The notes below the pieces were generated by a model. That model was not told the origin of the DNA, ran no database searches, and saw only the letters and a list, made by a program, of their open reading frames with translations. Shown piece by piece: positions 1 through 8,354 of a stretch of DNA of 64,000 nucleotides. A program made the position numbers and the translations under genes. Within the stretch, counting starts at the first letter, position 1, and every line of letters starts with the position of its first letter. The stretch covers positions 85-64,084 of the forward strand of contig JAAYVK010000039.1 of assembly GCA_012517195.1 (NCBI GenBank), given 5' to 3'. Source of the stretch: Synergistaceae bacterium (GTDB taxonomy: Bacteria; Synergistota; Synergistia; Synergistales; 79-D21).

Positions 1-906
1 CCGGACCCTGATGCACGTGCCCTGAAACAGGTCCTTTCGAAAATAACGGGGATTCCCTGTCGGGAAATCGTTGTTGGCAACGGCGGAGATGAAATCCTGA
101 CCCTTCTTTTCACGGCTTTCACTGACAGGGGGGAAAAGGTTTTGACACTCTCCCCGACCTTCACGCAATATCCCGAACTCTGCCGACGGTATAAGGTGGA
201 ATGGGTTCCCGTTCCGTTGCGTTTCGAGGAAAACCGGATCCTCTTCGATAAGGAGCGTTTTCTTGAAACGGTTTCCTCCTGTTCTCCCGCCCTTGTCATT
301 CTTGACACCCCGAATAACCCGACGGGAATCCGGATATCCAATGATTTCCTTTCGGAATTTTCAGAACGCTTCAAGGGCGTTTTCGTGGTCGACGAAGCGT
401 ACGGGGAATTCGCAAGAGAAACCTTTCTCGAGGGTTTCCGGAACCGGGCCTTACCCAACCGGCTGTGCATACTGAAAACTCTTTCAAAAGCCTGGGGTAT
501 GGCGGGCCTGCGATTGGGATATGCCGCCTGCTCCCCTTCCGTGGCCGAAAGGATAGAGAGCGTTAGGGACCCCTACAATGTCGGGCTGCTGCCGCAGGAA
601 ATCGCGAAGATCGTTCTCAACTACCGGGAGTGGATGGAAAGCCGCGTCCTGAGCATTCGATACCTGCGGGACCAGCTGGTGAAAGGGATCAATCGGATCA
701 ATGGCTGGAGGGCTTTTGAAAGTGAATCGAACTTTGTTCTTGTCCGGTCCCCCCTTCCGATCTCCCGGGTCCGGGAAAAGATGGAAGAGGCCTGTATCCG
801 CCTCAAGTACCTCGACCTTGAACAACCGGGAAACTGGTTCAGGGTTTCGGTGGGCAGGGAGGAGGAACTGGGGATGTTCATGAACCTGCTTCAGGAACTG
901 AACTGA
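1..906 (+). CDS. hisC: histidinol-phosphate aminotransferase, 5' end cut by window edge
   Basis: Frame 1 is open from nt 1 (PDPDARALKQVLSKITGIP..GNGGDEILTLLF) and runs into the 142..906 ORF. It has NPTG and the PLP-lysine motif LSKAWGMAGLRLGY. Stop TGA at 904-906. Confidence 0.85.
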   Translation, partial: PDPDARALKQVLSKITGIPCREIVVGNGGDEILTLLFTAFTDRGEKVLTLSPTFTQYPELCRRYKVEWVPVPLRFEENRILFDKERFLETVSSCSPALVILDTPNNPTGIRISNDFLSEFSERFKGVFVVDEAYGEFARETFLEGFRNRALPNRLCILKTLSKAWGMAGLRLGYAACSPSVAERIESVRDPYNVGLLPQEIAKIVLNYREWMESRVLSIRYLRDQLVKGINRINGWRAFESESNFVLVRSPLPISRVREKMEEACIRLKYLDLEQPGNWFRVSVGREEELGMFMNLLQELN

Positions 907-939
907 ACGGAACGATTCGAAAACACGGTGTATCAGCGC

Positions 940-967
940 TTGAACGAAGTAAAGTTTATGCTATAAT
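940..967 (+). promoter_or_regulatory. putative sigma-A promoter of yerC
   Basis: TTGAAC (940-945), 16-nt spacer, extended -10 TGcTATAAT (959-967), about 50 nt upstream of the yerC start. Confidence 0.5.
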
Positions 968-1015
968 CAGGCCAAACAACGCAATTGCTGCGTATAAACA
1001 ACGGAGGTGAAACGA

Positions 1016-1312
1016 GTGGCTGAAAAATGGAAGGACCGTCTGACGGACCAGCTTTGCAAGGCCATCCTCGTTCTGGAAACGGAAGAGGAAGTCTACCGGT
1101 TCCTTGAGGATATTGCCACGATCGGAGAAATTCGTGCGTTGGCCCAGCGGCTTGAAGTGGCAAGGCTCCTCAGTGAAGGGTACACCTATCCTCAGATTGC
1201 CCAGCAGACAGGTGCGAGCACGGCAACGATCAGCAGGGTCAAGAAGTTTCTCGAGTACGGGGCCGACGGTTACAAGATCGTTCTCGACAGGCTCAAGGAA
1301 AAAGGCCAATAG
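1016..1312 (+). CDS. yerC: TrpR-like YerC/YecD family protein
   Basis: EEVYRFLEDIATIGEIRALAQRLEVARLL..TGASTATISRVKKFLEYGADGY matches the YerC family. GTG at 1016 has SD GGAGG (1003-1007) 8 nt upstream. The track start GTG at 1007 overlaps that SD. Confidence 0.85.
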   Translation: MAEKWKDRLTDQLCKAILVLETEEEVYRFLEDIATIGEIRALAQRLEVARLLSEGYTYPQIAQQTGASTATISRVKKFLEYGADGYKIVLDRLKEKGQ

Positions 1313-1346
1313 AAAGGCGATTCTGACCGGCTTCAACCGTCCCGAA

Positions 1347-1373
1347 GGCCCCCCTGCCTCGATTCGGGGGGGC
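1347..1373 (+). terminator. possible hairpin terminator after yerC
   Basis: GCCCCCC / GGGGGGC 7-bp stem with a roughly 11-nt loop, followed by GTTTCATTTCT. It lies between convergent yerC and the DUF362 gene. The loop is large and the T-run is weak. Confidence 0.35.
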
Positions 1374-1376
1374 GTT

Positions 1377-2525
1377 TCATTTCTGGTGGAGAAGGACCCG
1401 TGCAAGGATGTTTCTGCGGATTCCGATGGCTTCAACGGGACACATTTCGTGACAGCAAAGGCATCGTACACATTTTTCGAGGTCGATCCGGATCGTTCGG
1501 GTGCCGGTTCGAATCGCGCCGGCCGGGCAGACTTTTTCGCAGGCCCCGCAGAAGATGCAGCGAGAGGAGTCCCAAAACGGCGTCTGTTTTACGAGGGTGT
1601 GGGCAAATCCCCTCAGGGGCGTGGGAAAAAAACGCCTCAGGGCCGAAGTGGCTTTCCTGAAGCGAGGAGAAAGGATGTTTTCCCAGGTGGAGCCGACAAG
1701 ATCGATGTGGGTCCGCGATGCCGGCCCGATCCCCCTGCGAGCGGCTGCAGCAAGGAGGGGAATCGAGAAGGGATTGCTGTATCCCATCATCCATGCGGCA
1801 ACGACATCCGCCGCCAGGGCATTCCCTGAAGCGATCACCCAGCCCAGGGGCTTGGGATCCCCATGCGAAGGACCATTCCCTTCCATTCCGACGACCGCAT
1901 CGATCAAGTTCCAGTCGGGGACGCGGGAAAGATGCGCGTCCAGGATCGCCTCGCAAAGATTCTCGATCGAGCCGCTGCGGTGCGCCCGTTTTCGTGTGGC
2001 CGTATCGAGATAACCGAAGGTGTTTTTGAGGCACGCGGTGATTTCGGTTTCAACGTGCGTCTTGCATTTGGCCACATTGAAAAGAGTGTCGGCTTCCGCT
2101 GCCTTGACAGGAATCCTGAACCTCCCGAGTGCCGCGGAAGAGGATGTTCCGGTTTCTGCAAAACCCTTCGCATTTAGCGGGGATATGTCCAGGTCCCATT
2201 TTTCTTTCAGATCCCGAAGCCCGCAATTTTCCTCGAATAAAGGCCATTGTCCTGCGAAAAGATATCCCGGCGAATCTGAAATCGAGAGATCTGACCCCGG
2301 ATTTTTCCCCCTGACCCAGGCTGCCAGCGCCGAGAGAATTTCAGGGTGTGTAGTGACTGCCTGTTCCGGTTTTGCGGGAGCCAGGAGATTGGCCTTGAAA
2401 AGGACGTTCCTCCCGATCGGAGGTCCTCCGCCCGAACGTTCCATGGCAATTTCCACGGCCTCGCGAACTGCCGCGGGTTCATAAACTCGACAGGAACAGA
2501 CACCGACGCGATAGAGAACACTCAA
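1377..2525 (-). CDS. DUF362-domain protein with C-terminal 2x[4Fe-4S] ferredoxin domain
   Basis: DUF362-like N-terminal and central region (VYEPAAVREAVE..NVLFKANL..NVAKCKTH..LIDAVVGMEGNGP). Two CxxCxxCxxxCP motifs (CIFCGACEKVCP, CVRCLCCHEMCP). Start is uncertain. TTG at 2525 overlaps the nth stop and gives MSVLYRVGV..; the track start at 2579 would overlap nth by 58 nt. Confidence 0.75.
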   Translation of the reverse strand: MSVLYRVGVCSCRVYEPAAVREAVEIAMERSGGGPPIGRNVLFKANLLAPAKPEQAVTTHPEILSALAAWVRGKNPGSDLSISDSPGYLFAGQWPLFEENCGLRDLKEKWDLDISPLNAKGFAETGTSSSAALGRFRIPVKAAEADTLFNVAKCKTHVETEITACLKNTFGYLDTATRKRAHRSGSIENLCEAILDAHLSRVPDWNLIDAVVGMEGNGPSHGDPKPLGWVIASGNALAADVVAAWMMGYSNPFSIPLLAAAARRGIGPASRTHIDLVGSTWENILSPRFRKATSALRRFFPTPLRGFAHTLVKQTPFWDSSRCIFCGACEKVCPAGAIRTGTRTIRIDLEKCVRCLCCHEMCPVEAIGIRRNILARVLLHQK

Positions 2526-3220
2526 GACGGGGAAAATCCTTTCGCCGCTGACGAGGGGCAGAGTTCCGACAGGACGCACCGGTGACAGGCCGGTTTCCTG
2601 GAATGGCAGGTATTCCTGCCGTGAAGGATGAAGTTCAAATGCCCCCCACCCTGCCTTTCGCTGGGTACGGAAGCCTCAAGCTCCTCCTGGATTTCGGCGG
2701 GGCTCTGCCTTTCCGTAAACCAGCCCAATCTCCGGACGATTCGCGCCACATGGGTATCGACTGGGAAAGCAGGCTTGCCCAGCTCGAAAGCGAGAACACA
2801 GGCGGCGGTTTTCGGCCCGATTCCCGGAAGGCTTTCCAGGTAGGAGCGCGCTTCGGCAGGATTCCAGCTTTTCAGGGAATCGAGATCATAGGTTCCAAAA
2901 TCCAGTCGAATCCTCGTGAGAATCTCGCGAATCCTCGCGGCCTTTGTCGGAGCCAGGCCGGCAACCCGAATGGAATCAACCAAAGCCTCCATCGGGGCAT
3001 CCATCACCTGCGCCCAGGTCGGCCACCGCCTTTTCATCTCGAAAAATGCCCTCTCGCTGTTTATGTCGTTCGTATTCTGCGAAAGGAGGGTCGCAATGAG
3101 CCCGTCAAGGGGGCTGCCGAACGACCTGTCGTGAGGCCCCTTCTCCTTTCCCCAGACATTTTCAAGACGGTCCAGGACGGCAATAAGCTTTTCCCGTTCA
3201 ATCGCTGTTCTCGGGTTCAT
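2522..3220 (-). CDS. nth: endonuclease III (HhH-GPD DNA glycosylase/lyase)
   Basis: HhH-GPD motifs (LESLPGIGPKTAACVLAF, PVDTHVARI) and a C-terminal FeS cluster loop CHSRKPACHRCVLSELC. Confidence 0.9.
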   Translation of the reverse strand: MNPRTAIEREKLIAVLDRLENVWGKEKGPHDRSFGSPLDGLIATLLSQNTNDINSERAFFEMKRRWPTWAQVMDAPMEALVDSIRVAGLAPTKAARIREILTRIRLDFGTYDLDSLKSWNPAEARSYLESLPGIGPKTAACVLAFELGKPAFPVDTHVARIVRRLGWFTERQSPAEIQEELEASVPSERQGGGHLNFILHGRNTCHSRKPACHRCVLSELCPSSAAKGFSPS

Positions 3221-5651
3221 CCGATTCCGGTTCCGTTTTCTTGCTGTCTTCAGCGCTCTTTTTGAGCTTTCGGCTTTTTTCCATCCAGGTTTTGAGTTGT
3301 TCCATCACTTTCCCGTAGACGGTGCCGGAGGGATAATCCCCCTTTTCATCCGCCTCCCCGGCTGGAACCCCGGTGAGGATCTCGATCCCCTGCTCCACCG
3401 TTTCGACCGCCCAGATATGGAACAGCCCCTTTGAAACGGCCTCAAGGACCTCGTGATCCAGCATGAGATTGATAATATTTTGCTTGGGAAGCAGAACTCC
3501 CTGGTTGCCGGTGAGTCCACGGGATGAGCAGTAACGGAAGAAACCTTCGATTTTTTCATTGGCCCCGCCGATTGGCTGAATGTTTCCGAACTGGTCCACG
3601 GAACCCGTTACAGCGATGGACTGGTTGATCCCCACACCTGAGAGGGCGGAAAGAAGCGCGTAAAGCTCTGTGGATGAGGCACTGTCTCCCTCGATGCCGT
3701 CGTACGTTTGTTCGAATGCGAGACGCGCAGAAAGAGAAAGGGGCATGTCTTTCGCGAAACGCCGTCCCAGGAAGCTGCTCAAGGTCAGCAGCCCCTTGTT
3801 GTGGATCGGGCCGGTCATCTTGACTTCGCGCTCGATGTTGACCACGCCTTCCTGCCCCATGTAGACGTTGGCCGTGATTCGAACGGGATGTCCGAAGGAA
3901 TATTCCCGGAAATCGAGGACGGTGAGTCCGTTGATCTGCCCTACGGCAAATCCGTCGGTGTCGATTCGAATCTGGCCGTTTTCGTACGCCCTCTGGATTC
4001 TCTCCTCGATCAGGTTGGAGCGGAATCGCTTGGCGTTCAGGGCCTTTCTGACGATGTCCGCGGTCACGACTTTCCGTGACAGCTTTCGAGCCCAGGCAAC
4101 GGATTCGACGAGGATTTCCTCGATTTGGTTGAAATGGGTGGTCATGCGGGTCTGGTTTCCCGCCAGGCGTGAGGAAAATTCTATGATCTCGCCCACGCCG
4201 TCCGCGGTGAAATGCAGGCCGCCTTCTTTCTGGACATAACTGGCGACGAAACAGGCAAGCTGCTTTTCGGTCGATCTTGTCCGCGGCATGTCGACATCGA
4301 AATCCGCCTTGATCTTGAACAGTTTCTGGAATTCCGGGTCATAGAGGTTCAAAAGGTAGTGAATCCAGCGGCTTCCGATGATGACCACCTTGATCTGTAT
4401 CGGGATGGCCTCGGGTCTCAGGGACGAGACCGGGACGAACCCAAGCTGTTCACCCAGATTCTCGATGGAAAGTTCCTGTGTGCGTAGAACGCGCTTGAGA
4501 GCCTCCCAGGACATGAACTGCCGGAGAATTTCTTCCGCATCAAGAACGAGGTAGCCCCCGTTTGCCCGGTGAACGGCACCGGGAACGATTTTCCGGAAAT
4601 CCGTGTAGAGGTATCCCTGGCGGCTTTCATATTCCACTTTGCCCACCAGGTTGTAATAGGTCGAGTTGGTTTCATGAACGATGGGTGCCCCCGCTTCCGG
4701 GTCGTTCGATACGAAAACGTTGACGCTGTAACGGCTGAAGTCGACTTCGGCGTTTTCATCGCGGGCAGCGGCGATGAAAATGTTGAAGTTTTCGATGATG
4801 TCATCCGTCAGGGCGTCGATCCACTCGGTAATCTTTTCCCCTTTCCCGTACTGGGTCTTCAAGTCCGCCAGGTAGGGACGGATTGCGTTGCGGCAGATCT
4901 CGGCCTCCAGGTTCTTGATTTTTTCCTTGAGGTTCTTTTCAAGGTCCCGGATCTTTCTCAGGACTTCGAGGGTCTTTTGGGAAACTTCCTCCGACCTGGC
5001 CTGAAGCTGTTTCTGTTCCGCTTCGGAAAGATTTTCAAACTCTTCCTGCTGCATTTCCTTGCTGATCACGTTTCCCTCTTCGTCCTTGGCCTGGGAAAGT
5101 GGAATGTTCACGAACCCCTGCGGGGTCCGCTTGATCGAGAAGCCCTTTTCCAGGGCCCAGTTCCGGACGGATTCCATCAGGGAATTGACCTGTTCCTGGA
5201 ACTCTTTTACGAGAGTGGCCTTTGCGTCTTCGTACTGGCTGTTTTCGAAAGCCTTGCTCAGGGTGGTCTTCAGCTCGTCGACGAGTTCGGAAAGACTCTC
5301 GGAAAGCTTCTTGCCCATGCCCGGCGGAAGGTTGATCGCCAGGGGCTCGCCCGCGTTCATGAAATTGTAGACGTACAGCCAGTCATCAGGCGAAGGAAGC
5401 TGGGAGGCACGCTTGCGGAGCTGATCCAGTGTATAGGTGGTTCGTCCGCTTCCGTGATCCCCGACGACAAAAATGTTGTATCCCTTGCTGGATACATCCA
5501 GGCCGAATTCCATTGCTTCAACGGCTCTCTGCTGACCGATCAGTCCCTCGAGACAGCCGATTTCTGCGGTTGTTTTAAATCCGAGGGAGGTGTGGGGCGT
5601 TTTCTTTCTCAGCTTTGAAAGGGGAAGTTCAAAATTCCTCGGTCTCGGCAT
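3198..5651 (-). CDS. Lon-like (LonC-type) protease with degenerate AAA+ module
   Basis: C-terminal S16 Lon protease domain with GDSAS serine motif (YDGIEGDSASSTELYALL) and lysine region (GGANEKIEGF). The N-terminal AAA-like domain is interrupted by a long charged helical insert. The Walker A position reads GDHGSGRTT. ATG at 5651 has SD GGAGGG 6 nt upstream. Confidence 0.8.
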   Translation of the reverse strand: MPRPRNFELPLSKLRKKTPHTSLGFKTTAEIGCLEGLIGQQRAVEAMEFGLDVSSKGYNIFVVGDHGSGRTTYTLDQLRKRASQLPSPDDWLYVYNFMNAGEPLAINLPPGMGKKLSESLSELVDELKTTLSKAFENSQYEDAKATLVKEFQEQVNSLMESVRNWALEKGFSIKRTPQGFVNIPLSQAKDEEGNVISKEMQQEEFENLSEAEQKQLQARSEEVSQKTLEVLRKIRDLEKNLKEKIKNLEAEICRNAIRPYLADLKTQYGKGEKITEWIDALTDDIIENFNIFIAAARDENAEVDFSRYSVNVFVSNDPEAGAPIVHETNSTYYNLVGKVEYESRQGYLYTDFRKIVPGAVHRANGGYLVLDAEEILRQFMSWEALKRVLRTQELSIENLGEQLGFVPVSSLRPEAIPIQIKVVIIGSRWIHYLLNLYDPEFQKLFKIKADFDVDMPRTRSTEKQLACFVASYVQKEGGLHFTADGVGEIIEFSSRLAGNQTRMTTHFNQIEEILVESVAWARKLSRKVVTADIVRKALNAKRFRSNLIEERIQRAYENGQIRIDTDGFAVGQINGLTVLDFREYSFGHPVRITANVYMGQEGVVNIEREVKMTGPIHNKGLLTLSSFLGRRFAKDMPLSLSARLAFEQTYDGIEGDSASSTELYALLSALSGVGINQSIAVTGSVDQFGNIQPIGGANEKIEGFFRYCSSRGLTGNQGVLLPKQNIINLMLDHEVLEAVSKGLFHIWAVETVEQGIEILTGVPAGEADEKGDYPSGTVYGKVMEQLKTWMEKSRKLKKSAEDSKKTEPESDEPENSD

Positions 5652-5715
5652 TTCTTTCCCTCCAGTCAAGTGCAGTCCATGCGTTTATGTTAGCACAGGC
5701 CGGGTCCGGATGCCT

Positions 5716-8268
5716 TCAGCGCCCAAGGGCAATCTTGTGAATCTGTGCAACTGCTGTCGGCAGAAAGGCTCCTGCAAGAATCAGCCCCCATTCCTGGAGT
5801 TGAAGGGGATGGATGGAAAGGACCTTCTGAAAGAGCGGAATGTAGGTAATGTAGACTTGGACCCCGATCGAAACCAGCACGGAGAGAATCAGCATGGGGT
5901 TGCTGAAAATCTGTCCCGGCTTGCGAAAGAGGCTGTGGTTCCGGACATTGAAGACGAAGAACAGCTGCGATAGGACCATGGCGTGGAATCCCATGGCTAC
6001 GGCCTTTTCCGGATTTCCGGGGCAAATTCTCAGAACCGTCAGGGTGACGGATAGGACCCCGAGGCTCATGAGTGTTCCATAAAAGAAGATCAGCCGTAGA
6101 TGCCGCGGGGTGAGAATGCGTTCCGCCCGGGGGATCGGCGGACGCCGCATGGTGCCTGGTTCGGCAGGATCCAGGGCCAGAGAAAGGGCGGGGAGAACAT
6201 CCGTAACGAGATTGATCCAGAGGATCTGCAGCGGGAGTAGAATGGCCGGCAATCGGGAAAGAACGGCAAAAAGGACGGTGAAGACCTCGCTCAGGTTGCA
6301 GCAAAGGAGAAATAGAACGGATTTCCGGATGTTTCCGAAAATCCGCCTCCCCTCGTGGATGGCTTTCACGATAGTTGAGAAGCGGTCGTCCTGCAGGATC
6401 ATGTCGGAGGACTCCTTGCTGACCTCCGTGCCCTGGATGCCCATGGCAATCCCCACATCCGCCTGTTTGAGTGCGACGGCATCGTTGACGCCGTCTCCGG
6501 TCATGGCGACGGTTTCTCCGGTTTCCTGGAAGGCCTGGACGATCTTCAGCTTGTGTTCGGGGACCACCCTTGCGATGACAGAAACCGCCGCCATTTTTGA
6601 AGGAAGGCTTTTATCATCCAGCAATTCCAATTCTTTTCCCTCAAGGCTTTCCGGGTACTGCGGGCTGAGAATGCCAACCTCCTTCGCGATCGAACGTGCG
6701 GTGGCAAGATGATCCCCCGTCACCATCACAACACGGATCCCGGCTTCATGGCAGGCAGAAACCGCTTCCTTCACTTCAGGCCGCGGAGGATCGATAATCC
6801 CGATCAGACCGACGAAGCCCAGCCCATCCTTTTCGTTTCCCCAGGCGAAAGCCAGGGAACGCATGCCTTCGCCCGAAATCTCTTCTGCCCGCTCTAGCCA
6901 GCGATTCCGGTCACTTTCCTCCAAGGGGCGGATCCCTTCCGCGGTCCAGATCCGGTTGATTTCGGAAAGGACCCTTTCAGGTGCACCCTTTAGGGCTTTC
7001 CAGGCCCCGTGAACGGTTTCCATCGTCATCGTCCGGGAATCGAATGGGTTCTCCCCGGTGCGGGGAAACCGGTTATTCACTTCATCGAGATCCATTCCCT
7101 TCTCCCTGGCGGTCCGAAGCAAGGCAATTTCCATGGGATCGCCAATATCGCCGCCTTGCTTCAGCACCGCATTGTTGCAAAGCACCGCCGCCTGCAGGAG
7201 GGTTATTTCCTGTTCTTCGCAAACGGGTAGAACGAGCCGTACGGTCATGTCGTTGAGCGTCAGGGTTCCGGTTTTATCCGTACAGATTACGGTGGTGGAA
7301 CCAAGCGTTTCGACTGAAGAAAGATTTCTCACGAGAGCCTTCTGTTTTGCCATCCTGTGAACACCAATCGCCAGCGTCATGGTCGCCACGAAGGGGAGTC
7401 CTTCAGGAACGGCGGCAACTGCCAGGGCAATCCCTGTTTCAAACATTTTGAACAGCCCTCTCCCCTGAAGGACCCCCAGGGTGAAAACAAGAAACGCGAG
7501 AGCCCCGACAAGGACGATCAGAAAACGGCTGAACTGTTCCAGCCTTTCCTCGAGGGGGGTCGAATGCTTTTTCACGCTTTCCAGAAGCCTGCTGATCCTG
7601 CCGAGCTCGGAATCAGGCCCCGTGGCAAAAACAAGGGCCTTTGCGTTTCCCCTGACGATGGCGGTTCCGGAAAAAACGCAATTCAGGCGTTCGGCAAGCG
7701 GTGTTTCAACGGGCAGTCGGCCTGCCTTCTTTTCGACCGGCATCGATTCTCCCGTCAGCGGCGCCTCGTCGAGCGCGAGGTTTCTCGACTCGAGGAGACG
7801 GGCATCTGCCGGGACGACGTCGCCCGCCTCCAGGAGAAGAAGATCCCCCGGTACGACCTTTTCCGCGGAAATGTTGGCTACGGTCCCGTTGCGTATCACG
7901 CGTGCGTTAGGCGAGGTCAGTGACCGGAGGGCTTCCATCGCTCTTTCGGCTCGAAATTCCGTAAGGAAGCCGATCAACGCATTCAGGAGGATCACGACGA
8001 GAATGGCGGACGCATCCAGAACTTCTCCCATCGTGAGGCTGACCGCAGCAGCCAGGGAAAGAAGCCCGACCATTGGACTTTTGAACTGCGACAAAAAAAA
8101 CGACCACCAGGGCCTCGGTTTCGTTTTGGCGAACGCGTTGGGACCGTACCGTTCGAGCGCGGCGTGTGCCTGTTCCTGCGTCAGCCCCGTCTGGGGGTCG
8201 GAGGAAAAGCGTCGCAACAGTTCTTCAACGGGGACGCTGTGCGGATGATCCTCGCTTGCCGGTGACAT
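5716..8268 (-). CDS. P2-type cation-transporting ATPase (SERCA/YloB-like, probably Ca2+)
   Basis: DKTGTLT phosphorylation site (ICTDKTGTLTLN), PEGLP, TGES (LTGESMP), MTGDGVNDAVALKQADVGIAMG, NLVTDVLPALSLALDP. ATG at 8268 (MSPASEDHP..) is preceded by GAGGAGG. The track start at 8367 is upstream of that. Confidence 0.9.
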   Translation of the reverse strand: MSPASEDHPHSVPVEELLRRFSSDPQTGLTQEQAHAALERYGPNAFAKTKPRPWWSFFLSQFKSPMVGLLSLAAAVSLTMGEVLDASAILVVILLNALIGFLTEFRAERAMEALRSLTSPNARVIRNGTVANISAEKVVPGDLLLLEAGDVVPADARLLESRNLALDEAPLTGESMPVEKKAGRLPVETPLAERLNCVFSGTAIVRGNAKALVFATGPDSELGRISRLLESVKKHSTPLEERLEQFSRFLIVLVGALAFLVFTLGVLQGRGLFKMFETGIALAVAAVPEGLPFVATMTLAIGVHRMAKQKALVRNLSSVETLGSTTVICTDKTGTLTLNDMTVRLVLPVCEEQEITLLQAAVLCNNAVLKQGGDIGDPMEIALLRTAREKGMDLDEVNNRFPRTGENPFDSRTMTMETVHGAWKALKGAPERVLSEINRIWTAEGIRPLEESDRNRWLERAEEISGEGMRSLAFAWGNEKDGLGFVGLIGIIDPPRPEVKEAVSACHEAGIRVVMVTGDHLATARSIAKEVGILSPQYPESLEGKELELLDDKSLPSKMAAVSVIARVVPEHKLKIVQAFQETGETVAMTGDGVNDAVALKQADVGIAMGIQGTEVSKESSDMILQDDRFSTIVKAIHEGRRIFGNIRKSVLFLLCCNLSEVFTVLFAVLSRLPAILLPLQILWINLVTDVLPALSLALDPAEPGTMRRPPIPRAERILTPRHLRLIFFYGTLMSLGVLSVTLTVLRICPGNPEKAVAMGFHAMVLSQLFFVFNVRNHSLFRKPGQIFSNPMLILSVLVSIGVQVYITYIPLFQKVLSIHPLQLQEWGLILAGAFLPTAVAQIHKIALGR

Positions 8269-8299
8269 CTGGCTGGAGCCTCCTCGTGTCCGATGTACC

Positions 8300-8328
8300 T
8301 TGCAGTGCTGCCGTCTTTCTTTTAAAAT
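8300..8328 (+). promoter_or_regulatory. putative sigma-A promoter of hypF
   Basis: TTGCAG (8300-8305), 17-nt spacer, TAAAAT (8323-8328), 27 nt upstream of the hypF ATG. Confidence 0.45.
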
Positions 8329-8354
8329 GCGCCCAGTATGGAGGGTTGTCAACC

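Noticed and set aside
1104-1829. 241-aa plus-strand ORF spanning the yerC 3' end and the DUF362 gene
   Set aside because: It is out of frame with yerC, antisense to the DUF362 gene and crosses the intergenic hairpin. Its composition is typical of a spurious frame.
4569-5618. 349-aa plus-strand ORF antisense to the Lon-like protease, and similar cases at 11029-12051, 20697-21797, 46758-47723, 48905-49891 and 51562-52584
   Set aside because: Same reasoning as above. Each is the mirror frame of a well-supported minus-strand gene, with no recognisable domain and no start context.
8329-8354. Promoter for the P-type ATPase using TTGACA (reverse complement of 8346-8351) in the hypF-ATPase divergent region
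   Set aside because: No acceptable -10 hexamer lies at 16-18 nt spacing, so it is not reported as a feature.
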